From a phage: a DNA stretch of 64,000 nucleotides. The stretch lies in the sequence record OZ346151.1; one strand, written 5' to 3'. The stretch's first letter is position 1, and each line of letters opens with the position of its first letter. The notes below the pieces were generated by a model. That model had not been told where the DNA came from, did no database searches, and was given only the letters and a program-made list of their open reading frames with translations. The position numbers were made by a program, and so were the translations under genes. Shown piece by piece: positions 1-11,300 of this stretch.

Positions 1-1
1 T

Positions 2-352
2 ACATCTGACGGTCAAACTGAAAGAATTTATTACTCCAAGGCAAACACCTACCGCCTAGATGTAAGAATTACCTACTCCGGTGCTGCGCTTTCTACAACC
101 GAAAAAGATGCCATTATAGAGGCTCTTTTGCAGGTTGTTAACGGACTGGATGTTGCAGATACGTTGTATAATATCCAATTGGTAGGTGCTGCATCTGCTG
201 CTGTGTCAATAGGCAGATTTAATAGGCTGGTAATTCAAGTTAAATCCGTAGGAGCTTCTGATGAAGCTTACACTACAAACGATATTGTTGCGAACATGAC
301 CGAGGTGTTTGACCTCGACGAAAGTAATATAACTTTCCAACAAACTATTTAA
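2..352 (+). CDS. C-terminal fragment of a virion structural protein continuing from upstream of the window (baseplate-like by position)
   Basis: Frame open from window start with no stop (the 128 start in the ORF track is only a TTG); lies directly upstream of tail-fibre genes; no recognisable motif. Confidence 0.4.
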   Translation, partial: TSDGQTERIYYSKANTYRLDVRITYSGAALSTTEKDAIIEALLQVVNGLDVADTLYNIQLVGAASAAVSIGRFNRLVIQVKSVGASDEAYTTNDIVANMTEVFDLDESNITFQQTI

Positions 353-363
353 GGCGGCGAGAT

Positions 364-1050
364 ATGGCAGAGATTAAGTCGGATGTTAACCACATCCACA
401 CTCTGCCAGATTTTGTTCAGGGAGGTCTTGACTACCTGCCTGGAGATTTTCTGGCTGAGAAGGTTAATTTAGTCACATTCTTAACCGTATACCTTAAAAG
501 GTTGGAGGATGTTGATAAGATGCTGGTAGGTTTGGCTGAAGGAAGATTGCTTAACAATGCCAGCGGAAGATACCTTGACGAAGTTGGTAATCAACTTGGT
601 ATTCTTAGGAATGGACTTTCAGATGCTGATTTTCGTGCCACACTAATTATTCAGCAGGCCGCAGCATCAATGGGCGGGACTCGCGAAGATGTCATCTCCA
701 CCTTGCGACAATTGTTCGGAAGAGACAATTTCGATACGTGGAAAGGAGACAACTTCAGGTTTGACATAAATATTAGAAAAACTTGCTTTGACATATTGCA
801 GTCTATCGATCAGATCTTAGATATGCTACCATTGCCTTGTCATTTGCGTCTTACAGAATCGCAAGGGCAAGCTTTTGGTTTTGAAGGGGACTCTACAGCT
901 CTTGGCTTCGGATCAGTATGGGAAGAAAACCAGTTTGGAGTTGGTGGACTGGCTACTTTGCTGTATGTTCCTGACGTAAGACCTGATTGGGACACCACAA
1001 CCATTTATTGTGAAAGTATTACAGTAAACGCAACTAGACAGGAGGGTTAA
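364..1050 (+). CDS. tail/baseplate structural protein (228 aa)
   Basis: ATG start; stop overlaps next start (TAATG) indicating translational coupling in the structural operon; function inferred from position only. Confidence 0.45.
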   Translation: MAEIKSDVNHIHTLPDFVQGGLDYLPGDFLAEKVNLVTFLTVYLKRLEDVDKMLVGLAEGRLLNNASGRYLDEVGNQLGILRNGLSDADFRATLIIQQAAASMGGTREDVISTLRQLFGRDNFDTWKGDNFRFDINIRKTCFDILQSIDQILDMLPLPCHLRLTESQGQAFGFEGDSTALGFGSVWEENQFGVGGLATLLYVPDVRPDWDTTTIYCESITVNATRQEG

Positions 1051-3122
1051 TGGCAACAGCTGTTTTTAAACCTTACCGTGATTACTCTACAATGGCTGCA
1101 CGGTTTCATTACCGAACAGTTCAGGATACTGCCGTTCCTGGTAGGGATTATGATCATGTTGAGGGCGATGTAACTATCCCAGTTGGGGCAACCAGTATTG
1201 AGATCCCCGTGGAAATTGTTGACAAATTACCCAACAGGTTGCCAAGAAGCTTCTTTATGGAGTTTTCATCAAAATCTCAAGGGGTGATGATTGGAACACA
1301 AAGGGCGAAATGTACAATAGTTTCAGATGAGAATCTTGACAGGATATCTTGGGATACTGTTGAGGAGAGAATGTTTCACCCAAGATATTGGGTTACAACC
1401 ACTCAGCAGACTGAAAGTACCTGTATTGTTGCAGATAACAACTGTTGTATTAACCGTTTAGTGTCAAGAACATATGGAGGTATGGCTGGGTGCATTTGGG
1501 AAACAGTTGACAAGTATGACCATTTCGGTATTGGGTTTGATGATCACTATGAGATGAGAAACACCAAGCTTTGGTTCAGAATGTCAATAACCAACGCCAG
1601 CAACTTCTCCACTCCTGAAAAGATGATTATGACTGTAGACCTTGTTGATGGCACAATCATCTATGTTCCTTTAGCTCAATATGCTGTCAGCATCTCAGAG
1701 GATAAGAATGTTGCAGAAATTCATATTGATTTTGAGGACTGCGTCGGGATGGACCAGAACAACAACATGATGGGTGTTGATCCTCGGCAGGTGAGAAGGA
1801 TTTTAATACCGCTTATGCCTAAAGACTGGGTAAGTAATAGCACAGACCCGAGAACGGAAAATGTAAAGTGTGAGTTGCGCCTAGATCTGCTTCAGCCAGA
1901 CACAGGCTGGAAAATGATGCAACTTAACAATATCCAGGTGAGAGAGCACGATGTTGGGATCTGCACCGCATATGACGATATGTGGAACGTGTCTCCTTTA
2001 AGGGTGTTGAACAATATCAAGCGTCTGGGCTATACCGGAACCATAAACCATTATGTTGGTATGAGTCATTATTATGACTACACATGGTCAGGAACCCAAT
2101 GGTCTATAAACAGAACAGGAGCGCTAAACGCTGCAGCTTATAAATGGCATGATGATTTTATGTACAATGCCAAACGACATAACTTCGACGTTATGCAATC
2201 TGTAAGTTTTGAGCTTTTCAGCGATGCCTGCCCGTTGGAATGGACCCAAAGAGACTGGAACGATAACTACGCTAAAACAGGGTATACACCTTGTAGCTAC
2301 CTCCTGTCTCCAACCATTGAAGAGGGTATGAATTTCCTTACTGCAGTATTTAAGAATTTTGCATCAGCCGCTATGAGAAACAACCTGCCAGTGATTATGC
2401 AGGTTGGTGAACCGTGGTGGTGGTACAATACCGATACTCGTAGACCTTGTATTTATGATTACCCTACAAAACAGGCGTTTTATGATGAGACAGGCGAGTA
2501 TGCATTAGATATTGGGACTATTGACGATCCTAAAACTGGCGGTGTTTACGATAAGTATGTAGCATTTTGTCGTGGTAAGCTTGGCGCTCGTATTGCGGCT
2601 ATTTCAAAGGCAATAAAGGCACACGCTGCATCAGCTCAGATGACAGCTCTGCTGTTTTTCCCAACCATTATGGAAACCGAGCTTACGCAAAAGCTTAACC
2701 TTGCTGACCAATATAAAAAGGAAGCAGGTGCTCTTGATTTCTTCTGCACCGAGTGCTACGATTGGGTGATGCAGGGAGGTATTGAAAAGGCAAAAGAGTC
2801 TGTAAACATACCTATCGTTAAGTTAGGTTGGCAACCGTCTGAAATACAATACCTTGCAGGGTTCGTTCCTAGTAAAGAGCTTGCTCCGGTATATGGCTAC
2901 GACCCAACCAGGAATTACCAAGAATTTTTATGGAGATGTATCTGCGGAAACATGGCAACCATAGAGTATAGATACCCTGAGGTAAAACAGTATGTGTGGG
3001 CATACCCGCAAGTAATGTCTGACAGCATCACTGTTACAGCCAGAGATTCTACCGTGCTTCATATGGGGCAGGTTGCTCTGAAAGGGTATGTAGAAGATGT
3101 TGTCCCTCCAGACTTCTCATAA
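1050..3122 (+). CDS. large tail structural protein (690 aa), possible baseplate or receptor-binding component
   Basis: Long uninterrupted ORF with GGAGGG RBS immediately upstream of tail-fibre genes; no catalytic motif recognised. Confidence 0.45.
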   Translation: MATAVFKPYRDYSTMAARFHYRTVQDTAVPGRDYDHVEGDVTIPVGATSIEIPVEIVDKLPNRLPRSFFMEFSSKSQGVMIGTQRAKCTIVSDENLDRISWDTVEERMFHPRYWVTTTQQTESTCIVADNNCCINRLVSRTYGGMAGCIWETVDKYDHFGIGFDDHYEMRNTKLWFRMSITNASNFSTPEKMIMTVDLVDGTIIYVPLAQYAVSISEDKNVAEIHIDFEDCVGMDQNNNMMGVDPRQVRRILIPLMPKDWVSNSTDPRTENVKCELRLDLLQPDTGWKMMQLNNIQVREHDVGICTAYDDMWNVSPLRVLNNIKRLGYTGTINHYVGMSHYYDYTWSGTQWSINRTGALNAAAYKWHDDFMYNAKRHNFDVMQSVSFELFSDACPLEWTQRDWNDNYAKTGYTPCSYLLSPTIEEGMNFLTAVFKNFASAAMRNNLPVIMQVGEPWWWYNTDTRRPCIYDYPTKQAFYDETGEYALDIGTIDDPKTGGVYDKYVAFCRGKLGARIAAISKAIKAHAASAQMTALLFFPTIMETELTQKLNLADQYKKEAGALDFFCTECYDWVMQGGIEKAKESVNIPIVKLGWQPSEIQYLAGFVPSKELAPVYGYDPTRNYQEFLWRCICGNMATIEYRYPEVKQYVWAYPQVMSDSITVTARDSTVLHMGQVALKGYVEDVVPPDFS

Positions 3123-3134
3123 TCAGGAGATAAA

Positions 3135-4175
3135 ATGTCAAAACCTAGTTTTCCATTAGAGATTTGGGCAGAGGAGGATCAGGTTCTGCCTAACACCCAC
3201 AGACAGAACAGGCTACGCCCGATCGATGATTTGTGGAGAAAAGGTTGGGATCTTGGTCAAAAGCCATCCTGTGAAGAACTTAACTATATTTTCAATATGC
3301 TCGGAACTTGGGCAAAATACATTGCTGACGAGCAGATCCCCGCTCAAGAAGGCCGTTATCTGGTACGTGATAATAACTTGAGCGATCTTTTGAACATCCC
3401 TGTTGCCCGTAGAAACCTTGGGATTATCACTAAGGAAGAGGCAGACGCCAGGTATGTAAAAGTTACAGGTGATACAATGACAGGCCCCTTGGGGTTGCAA
3501 CGTATCAACTTTAAAGCTGCCGAGACAGATAAGGCTTGGATAGAGACAACTATTGGCCCAGATAAGACAACTCTCGACTTTGGGTTAAGTGATAATACCG
3601 GGTCGTTTGATGATGGTGGTACATCTACAGTGGATGCGTTTCGTTGGAGATTCCAGCCAACTCAGCCGGATATTAATCCAGAGTTCACTTTGATGTACCT
3701 TAACGCGATCACGGCTAATCGTGCGCTGTTGAAAGTGGTAGGCAATGTTGAAGTTGTCGATAACATGAGGTGCAATAACCTTACTATCAGCAATACAGCA
3801 ACATTCACCAACTGTAATGTGGCTAGTCAGTTGACGGCTGGGTCAGTATATGTTAATGGTGGTGCAAGTTGTGACAGTATGGTTGTAAGAAGCCAGCACT
3901 GTGTTGTCGGTAACAGAAATGTGGTGCGCTCCGTGAATGGAGTGACGGCTAACGGTAACGGTGATGTAACGATCACTATCCCGCAGACAGGTGTGCAAGA
4001 CATCAGAATCGGTGCAAGACTTGTGGACGGCGTTTCTGAATCTCCAATCCGCAACGGCTACGTTGTCACAGGCTGGCATTTCGGTGACAAAAAAGAGATG
4101 CGTGGTTCAACCTACTGGGCAGGACCCTTACAAAAACTTGTAAATGGTCAATGGATCACTGTTAATTATGCATAG
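3135..4175 (+). CDS. tail fibre protein, paralogue 1 (346 aa)
   Basis: AGGAGA RBS; N-terminus MSKPSFPLEIWAEED and C-terminus QKLVNGQWITVNYA nearly identical to the 5188..6231 paralogue; Gly/Asn/Thr-rich C-terminal half typical of fibres. Confidence 0.55.
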   Translation: MSKPSFPLEIWAEEDQVLPNTHRQNRLRPIDDLWRKGWDLGQKPSCEELNYIFNMLGTWAKYIADEQIPAQEGRYLVRDNNLSDLLNIPVARRNLGIITKEEADARYVKVTGDTMTGPLGLQRINFKAAETDKAWIETTIGPDKTTLDFGLSDNTGSFDDGGTSTVDAFRWRFQPTQPDINPEFTLMYLNAITANRALLKVVGNVEVVDNMRCNNLTISNTATFTNCNVASQLTAGSVYVNGGASCDSMVVRSQHCVVGNRNVVRSVNGVTANGNGDVTITIPQTGVQDIRIGARLVDGVSESPIRNGYVVTGWHFGDKKEMRGSTYWAGPLQKLVNGQWITVNYA

Positions 4176-4189
4176 ATCGGAGGACTAGC

Positions 4190-4774
4190 ATGAAAATACT
4201 TCAAGAGTTTAAACTTTACCAACCAGGATCTGGCGAATACCACTCCAACAAGGAAACCAAGGAGCTGACCCCTCAAGAGGTAGAGGATTACACCGCATAC
4301 ACTGGGTATTTTTTACGTAATGATGATGGTGATTGGTATGTGCAGTCACGAACATTACGACAAGAAAATCCAGGGTGTATCTTCCTACTTGTTGACGAGA
4401 AGGGAATTCTTAAGACATCTACAGAAGAACCTGATGCCTTATGGCCTGCTCCAGGTCTTCGTGTGGTTATCGCCAAAAAAGAAGAGGTACCAGAAAACAT
4501 TATGCTTCACCACGACGCTTTGCGTTTAGTTGGTGATGAATTTGTCACAGACAATGAATTCTTTGTTCAACAGGCAGAGGGTGTCATAGAGACAGAACTT
4601 GCTTGGGCTACTGCTAGAATTGGTGCCTATCAAGACATGATTGACCTTGAATATGATCTTACTGATGACCAGAAACGTAACATCAGAGATTTGAAAATGT
4701 ACAGGGTAAAACTTCTTGAAATAGATACATCTAAAGCCCCTGACATTTTCTTCCCAGAGCGACCTACCCTCTAA
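4190..4774 (+). CDS. hypothetical protein, possible tail-fibre assembly or accessory protein (194 aa)
   Basis: GGAGGA RBS; immediately follows fibre gene; role inferred from position only. Confidence 0.4.
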   Translation: MKILQEFKLYQPGSGEYHSNKETKELTPQEVEDYTAYTGYFLRNDDGDWYVQSRTLRQENPGCIFLLVDEKGILKTSTEEPDALWPAPGLRVVIAKKEEVPENIMLHHDALRLVGDEFVTDNEFFVQQAEGVIETELAWATARIGAYQDMIDLEYDLTDDQKRNIRDLKMYRVKLLEIDTSKAPDIFFPERPTL

Positions 4775-4785
4775 GAGGAGGTGTT

Positions 4786-5100
4786 GTGGAGTTGGATTTG
4801 GCGGCATTGTACGGTATCTGCATGGGTACCGTTGTCCCGATCTGTGTATGGGCTTTCAACCAGTGGCACACCAAATGGAAAGACATTTCCAAGAGGTTGG
4901 ATGAGCTGGAGAAAGACCTCATCTTAGTGAAAAACAGTATGGTTACAAAAGATAAACTTGATTCCGTTATAGAGACCCGGTTAAGCAAGCTAGAGGCCGA
5001 TATTAACGACCTTAAGCAGGATGTCAGGACAGATGTCTCCGGCATCAGAGCCGATGTACAAAAGATTTTGCACATGCTCGTAGAGCATAGTAAAAGGTAA
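4786..5100 (+). CDS. small membrane-anchored coiled-coil protein (about 104 aa, start uncertain)
   Basis: GTG start after AAGAGGAGG; hydrophobic N-terminal segment followed by heptad-like charged region. Confidence 0.4.
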   Translation: MELDLAALYGICMGTVVPICVWAFNQWHTKWKDISKRLDELEKDLILVKNSMVTKDKLDSVIETRLSKLEADINDLKQDVRTDVSGIRADVQKILHMLVEHSKR

Positions 5101-5128
5101 ACAAAGGTCAGAACGGAAAGGACTCCTC

Positions 5129-5157
5129 TTGCATTTTGTTCCCTAAAGTGTTAAAAT
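5129..5157 (+). promoter_or_regulatory. sigma70-like promoter (TTGCAT-17-TGtTAAAAT) upstream of second fibre cassette
   Basis: -35 and extended -10 hexamers with 17 bp spacing read directly from the sequence. Confidence 0.4.
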
Positions 5158-5187
5158 AGTCCTAAGGAATTTTCTCAGGAGAACGTG

Positions 5188-6231
5188 ATGACTAAACCAG
5201 TTATCCCTCTTGATATTTGGGCCAATCAGGATGTTGTGCTTGAAAATACGGGAGAGTTGAATAAGTCTCAACCAAAAAAAGAAGAGAGATTGAAAGGTTG
5301 GGATATGACACAAAGAGTGGCATGTGAAGTTGTTAACTTTGAACTTCACATGCTTTCTGCGTGGTTAAAGCATTTAACAGAAGATGTTGTCCCAGGATGG
5401 GATAATAGATTCTTAAGGGTCACTAATAATCTAGCAGACGTTCCAGACAAAGCTGCTGCACGTCAAGTTCTCAATGTATACTCGCCTGAAGAAATGGACG
5501 ATCTGTATGTTGACAAGTCTGGAGACATAATGACTCAGACTCAAACTTTAGGCCTTCAAAGAATCGAGTTTGCATCTGCGTCAACAGACAATGCGGCAAT
5601 ATATACCACCATAACTCCAGACAAGACGACGATGGACTTCTGGATTATGGACAACATCGGTGGTGCTGACGGCACAGACCTTGATGATCCTTCTCACCAA
5701 ATAGACGGGTTCCGTTGGAGATTTCAACCTTCTGGTGGGCAGCCTGTGTTTTCGGCTATGAAGCTCAATGCTATAACTGCCAACCGTGCAAGACTGGCTA
5801 TCCAAGGAAATCTTGAATGCAACGATGCAAAAAGTTCCTCTGCAAATGCCAATGCGGTCACGATACCAAGAGCCACTGTTAACGGACAACAATCCTGCGG
5901 AAGCGCTCAAATAGGTGGAAGAGTTGATTGTAACGATGAAACCGTTAGAGGCCAATATGCAACCGTTGGTGGAAGAAACGTGGTCCGCAGGGTAAACGGT
6001 AACAGCGCAGACGGTAGTGGTAACCTTACTGTCCCTATGCCCAGTAGAGGGGTTGACGATGTAAGGATAGCGAACCGTTTCAAAACCACCTACAGAGAGT
6101 CAAGGGTCTACCCTGGACATGTGATGTGCTCTGGTAACTACGCTTATAAACACCCTTATCAAGGTGATTACTGGACAGGTGCTATCCAAAAACTTGTAAA
6201 CGGTCAATGGATCACTATATCTTATGCTTAA
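5188..6231 (+). CDS. tail fibre protein, paralogue 2 (about 347 aa)
   Basis: ATG after GGAGAA RBS; shares PLDIWANQD N-terminus, LGLQRIEF, FRWRFQP and QKLVNGQWITISYA C-terminus with 3135..4175. Confidence 0.55.
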   Translation: MTKPVIPLDIWANQDVVLENTGELNKSQPKKEERLKGWDMTQRVACEVVNFELHMLSAWLKHLTEDVVPGWDNRFLRVTNNLADVPDKAAARQVLNVYSPEEMDDLYVDKSGDIMTQTQTLGLQRIEFASASTDNAAIYTTITPDKTTMDFWIMDNIGGADGTDLDDPSHQIDGFRWRFQPSGGQPVFSAMKLNAITANRARLAIQGNLECNDAKSSSANANAVTIPRATVNGQQSCGSAQIGGRVDCNDETVRGQYATVGGRNVVRRVNGNSADGSGNLTVPMPSRGVDDVRIANRFKTTYRESRVYPGHVMCSGNYAYKHPYQGDYWTGAIQKLVNGQWITISYA

Positions 6232-6242
6232 AAAGAGGGTAA

Positions 6243-6509
6243 ATGAAACTAACTCAGTTTTTATGGGGACTGGTTGCGGAATCTGATGACCCTACGAAAG
6301 TATCCCAATCTAAGCTATGGTCGAACATAGGCATGGTGGTGATGACTGGGGTGTTTATTCATATGGGGTATAATGATACGCTTCCTGAATGGTATGCGTG
6401 GATATATGCACCTTCAGTAGCCTGCCCCCAGCTTATTAGCAAATTCATCTCGCTCCGGTGGGGTTGCCAGCACCCTGACCACGTTAAAAACGAAGAGCAA
6501 AAAGCTTAA
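6243..6509 (+). CDS. hypothetical small protein downstream of fibre paralogue 2 (88 aa)
   Basis: AGAGGG RBS and ATG; position analogous to 4190..4774. Confidence 0.4.
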   Translation: MKLTQFLWGLVAESDDPTKVSQSKLWSNIGMVVMTGVFIHMGYNDTLPEWYAWIYAPSVACPQLISKFISLRWGCQHPDHVKNEEQKA

Positions 6510-6518
6510 GGAGAAATC

Positions 6519-8264
6519 ATGGCGCAAGACATGACAAGCTTCGAGCAGGCGGTAGATCAAGTAATTGTTGATTCTGAACGTTTGCACTTGATTGTCAACG
6601 GTAACGCTGTGGATGAAGTTGTCGTAGAGGATGGGACCACTATCCCTACGGTACGAAAAGCCATGCTTGACACCCTTTATTTTAAAACGCCACCAATCCC
6701 TTGGGCGTATGGTGCATCCACAACAGTTTTTAACCAGTTGTATGAGTTTAAAGGGGATACAGGCACTCAGTGGTGGTACGCCCCAGCAGCATCAAAATCT
6801 AACCCGGTTAGAATGCCAGCAGATCCTTCACAATCTCCAAACTGGAGATTATACACCGACTCTGCAGTAATGGCAAAATACTACGCAAAACTTAACAGCC
6901 CAAGGTTCGAAGGTGACCCGCGAGTACCTACACCTCCAATGGACGATAAGTCAGAGTCCATAGCAAACACAGAGTTTGTTGTTGACTATGTTGATAGCAT
7001 ATTTAAAGCCATGGAGGGGATGAAAGTTACTGTAGGATCTTTGGTGGTAAAAGGTCTTACAGAACTCGCTAACACTATAGTTGGTGGCACCCTTACCTTA
7101 CATGGACCTGTTAATGGGGCAGATTCTACTGCACGCTTTAGGAATCTAATCCTCACGGCAAATACTTCTACACTTACTTTTGCGTGGAGCGATCCTAAGC
7201 ATGCAGACTGGAGAAGTACAGAGCTGCAACCTCATGAAGTGTCCACCCACAGGGTTATAGCTGACACTATAACTTCTGGGAAACCAGTGGCTAATAATAA
7301 CGATGTGCATTTTGATGGTCTGGGTAATAACTTTTTTGACTACGTGTACATTCGTGGTAATGCCATGAAGGCAGCAACCGAACCGACATTGCAGGTAGAT
7401 GGGACCACCAGGGTTAAGAACCTTGAGGTGACAGGTACCGTTACAGGGATAACATACTCTGTCGATGGCACCATGATCTACCCTAGCTATATTGAAAGCA
7501 CTGGTGATGCATTGATAAATGGCGATTTGGAGGTTGGCGGGTCTGTAGTTATTCGAGGTACGGCCTCTATCCAAAACATAGCTCTGAATACCTTAAGAGT
7601 CAATGAGCGTGCAACTTTTGAAGGAGAAGGGCTTACAGCCAACAAAGGTGTAATTACCGAGCTGACAACAACCACTTTAACTGCAACAGCTGCAAACTCT
7701 GAAAACTGCAACGTTACCCGCAACTTGCAGGTAAATGGAGATGTCAGTTTAAACGCAGCAGGGCCTGGCACCACCTCTGTTCACAACCTTGAAATATCCG
7801 GCACGGTGACTGGGTGGTTGCCTGACTTCTCTAATGTCACCTTTGTCTGTAATGGCATTAACTCCAGTGGCAAGATAACCACCTCTCAAGAAATTGAGGC
7901 GGGTAAAACCATTACTGCCCCTACTTTCCACGCAGGAAAGGTAGATTTTGATTTAGAGGAGGTTGACGCGTCCAGTGGGACATGGACACCTAACGGGCAG
8001 GCCAGTATGTATGTTGTTCACGCGAAAGGGGATTTTACAATAGGACAGTGGCCTGGGACATCAGCGGAAGATAAACCTTATCCATTCACTGCGGTTATCT
8101 ATGTAATTCAGGATGCTGTAGGTCACAACGTGACTTTGCACGATAAGTATGCTATCCTGTCGGCAACACCTGTTATTAACAACAAGGCTAACAGTGTTAC
8201 CTTGCTGCAATTAACGTATTGTGGTGTTGGTGATATCGTAGACGTAGTAATTGCACAACGTTAA
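6519..8264 (+). CDS. tail fibre protein with conserved side-tail-fibre collar motif (581 aa)
   Basis: AAGGAG RBS; contains NSPRFEGDPRVPTPPMDDKSESIANTEFV, matching the conserved G-x-P-x-APTP...IATTAFV region of lambda Stf, P2 H and Mu S type fibres; Thr/Gly/Asn-rich C-terminal part. Confidence 0.65.
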   Translation: MAQDMTSFEQAVDQVIVDSERLHLIVNGNAVDEVVVEDGTTIPTVRKAMLDTLYFKTPPIPWAYGASTTVFNQLYEFKGDTGTQWWYAPAASKSNPVRMPADPSQSPNWRLYTDSAVMAKYYAKLNSPRFEGDPRVPTPPMDDKSESIANTEFVVDYVDSIFKAMEGMKVTVGSLVVKGLTELANTIVGGTLTLHGPVNGADSTARFRNLILTANTSTLTFAWSDPKHADWRSTELQPHEVSTHRVIADTITSGKPVANNNDVHFDGLGNNFFDYVYIRGNAMKAATEPTLQVDGTTRVKNLEVTGTVTGITYSVDGTMIYPSYIESTGDALINGDLEVGGSVVIRGTASIQNIALNTLRVNERATFEGEGLTANKGVITELTTTTLTATAANSENCNVTRNLQVNGDVSLNAAGPGTTSVHNLEISGTVTGWLPDFSNVTFVCNGINSSGKITTSQEIEAGKTITAPTFHAGKVDFDLEEVDASSGTWTPNGQASMYVVHAKGDFTIGQWPGTSAEDKPYPFTAVIYVIQDAVGHNVTLHDKYAILSATPVINNKANSVTLLQLTYCGVGDIVDVVIAQR

Positions 8265-8273
8265 TATATCTAA

Positions 8274-8298
8274 CCGCTCCTGACGGGGCGGTTTTCTT
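8274..8298 (+). terminator. rho-independent terminator or attenuator between fibre gene and giant gene
   Basis: CCGCTCC-tgac-GGGGCGG hairpin followed by TTTTCTT. Confidence 0.5.
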
Positions 8299-8312
8299 AT
8301 CTGGAGAACACA

Positions 8313-11300
8313 ATGCTTCCAATCCCTTTGCTAAAACTTGGTCGTCATTTCCTCGATAAGAGGGGTGGAATTAAGGAACTTGCTGTTCTGTCATACCCAA
8401 TAGACAACAGTGATGGTACAAGCAACACAGTATCCTATGTAAATAGCTTAGCTATACTTTTTGATGATGGTCAGCTTAATATTACTGGCTATAACAAGTT
8501 CGGAGAGTGCCGCACTGGGGATCGTAGCCCTATAAACTATCCGAGCGAAACAGCCTGGAATGTTGATCATGTGTGGAGAGCAGACCGCGCGTTTGTGATC
8601 CGGACTTTTGATAACCAGTTTTTCTACATCGGCTGCACTGCAGGTCTTATCGGATCCACTGCGGCAGGCGGTAATGATGTTTGCGTAAACGAGTGGACAC
8701 CACTCCCAGAGCAGATTGTTAAAGGATTGCACCTTGACACCCACCCAGAACGCCTTATTGAGGTGATGGGCGGTATTAACAACACTGTCTGGGTTATTGC
8801 AGAGGCAGAAGGTACTGGCATACTTAACCTGTATGGATCTGGTAACAACACCTACGGATCTTTGCATGTAGATAAAAATCAGCATGCAACCCCTGTAAAG
8901 ATTGGTGAGACATCGGAAAATCCTGAAACAGGCCCTTGGAAAAACCCAAGCATCAACTGTGAGGTGCATGACAACTCTGTTATTTTCGGTGGTCCTAGGG
9001 GTTTCTGGATTGCTGGATACGACTTTCTGAGAAATAACAGTAGAAACGACCTTGTTTGGCCTCCTGTGCAGATTACTCGTAACGATTTGAGGGGCATTCC
9101 TGCAGATGAGGAGTGGAAAGGGTTTATGTGTGGTCCTAACGGGGCAGTAATTGCTACACAGAGGATGCATAGACCCGATGACCAGCAGCTTGTTAACGTA
9201 TTTTATGGTCAAAACATTTGGGGAGATGATACATGGCGGGAACTGAATATCACCTACACCCATGAGGTAATGATGGCTCGTGGGTACGGCACAAGTGGCA
9301 TTTTCTTCAATAATGGCACTAAGCAGTATCGTGGGTTCTCTCGCAACTTATGTAATGATATTGGTGCACAATCTGCAAACAATAGTCCTAGGGCCGATTT
9401 TATCCACTATCAAGCTCTTGCTACAGCTAAATATGTTGAGCAACGCCTGCCAGTCAGCTGGACAGAGAGTGTTTATTTCCAAGGCATCCACAGAGAAGGT
9501 TTCTTAGGGACCTTTACTGTTGTTAATGGTAAACTTTGGTGGTCAGGTATCCCAAGGGGAAGTTTTACAGGCTCTAATAACCTGTTTGGCGGCAGACTTA
9601 ATAGTCAGGGGTTCACAGAGGTTCCTGAGAATTGGTATAAAAATGTCCCAGTAGACAGTTGGGGCGTTGATGATATTTTCGACGTTAATGGTGTTAGCAG
9701 TGTTAGCAATATCTACATTGGTGACACGGTCAAGATGAAATTGAAGCCTCAGCCAGAGGGAGCTACGTTCATCATTGACAAGATTGAACTGGTGAATGCT
9801 GCAGGTACGGTTGTTACAGATGCAAATTACCAATTCTCCACCAACTGGAACCACGGCGGGGCCAACGAAGTTGTTGTTACCCAGTATAACAGAAATGTTA
9901 ACAGACGTGGCCTGTACTCTGTAAAAATAACCTATCATGACAAGCATGGCACAGGCAGAACTCACACGACAAGGACTTTGAACTGGAACACCATAGTTCC
10001 TGCGTATCCGTCCAACGGCAAGTGGCATACCGTTGGTAGAAACAAGCAGTTCCATGTTAACGATACTGTATACTTTGGGCTGAATGGGACCCAGCCTGCA
10101 GTAGAAGGGGATACATCGTATATGGTCAGACTCCACAGAATGGATGCTGGATCAGTCACTTATGATGTGACCCAAGAGATCTACGATCAAAGACGCGCCA
10201 CGTATGACAATATTGTGAAAACACAAGCCTTGTGGGAGTTCAATCCTAATGGCAAGGGTGGTAAAATGTTGCAGGTTAATGAGCAGAACGGAACGTCGTT
10301 GACTGTTCACGAACACCCAGACCCTTGGCCTGATCCTGGAAAACCTCACCCGGGAGCTCGTACACTGAAAATTGTCAGCCATGATGCAGGATATTTCGGA
10401 ATACGCTGGGAAGCTACAGTAAGATATGTCGACGGGACAACAAACAACATAGGGATTACACTTGGCGGCACTAGTGAAGATAGCTCGCTGAAAATTGCCT
10501 ACACGCCCAGAGGTATCTCTATTGATAATATGGATGTTGTTCGCAATGGTTACGGCGATGTGAATGTCAAAGTTACTCTTGGCGAACATCTTGGTGGGGA
10601 AAGGATCATCATGTATGCCTTTGATCATGATCCACGCACCAATGGAACTTATGCAAATCAGGCATGGAGTTACCTGATAAATGCACCTGAGCCGAATACT
10701 AAAGAGTTCTACTATGGCATGAAGCGAGATGTGTGCAAGAAAACAGGAACACATGACTGGATTGCTATCTGCGTTAAAGATGAGCGCACAGCTTGGGATG
10801 AGCCTGTTAACAGATGGTTCATAGGTATTCCTACCAGAAGTGATAAGTATGTCGCAGAATATATTGTATGCATGGGCGGTACCAACCTAAACATGTGTTG
10901 GAACGAAGATGTAAACAAATACTCTGATTATGACTATATGAGGGATTACTCTTGTAATTTGTGGTTTAACCAAACTACAGGTTACCCTCCAAGACAGGCG
11001 AGAGTAAACCCTGCAATCTTCACAGACACGCAGGTTTTCTTGACAAAACAGGCCAACGAGGTTCAGACCTTCAAGAATAAATACGATCCTAACAAGTGGT
11101 TCTACAACTGTTACGGCGCATTTTTCTGGGGACCTGGTGAGTTACCTGGTGGTGGATCTTGCTTGAATGAGGCAACTTACGCAAGTGACTACATCATGGG
11201 GCAGGTCAAGAAGTATAAGATAATCCCCGGTCCTGAGACTTTGGGCAATGCCGTTGACCCTTATATCATCATGACTGCACTGAGATCAAACATGGATGGG

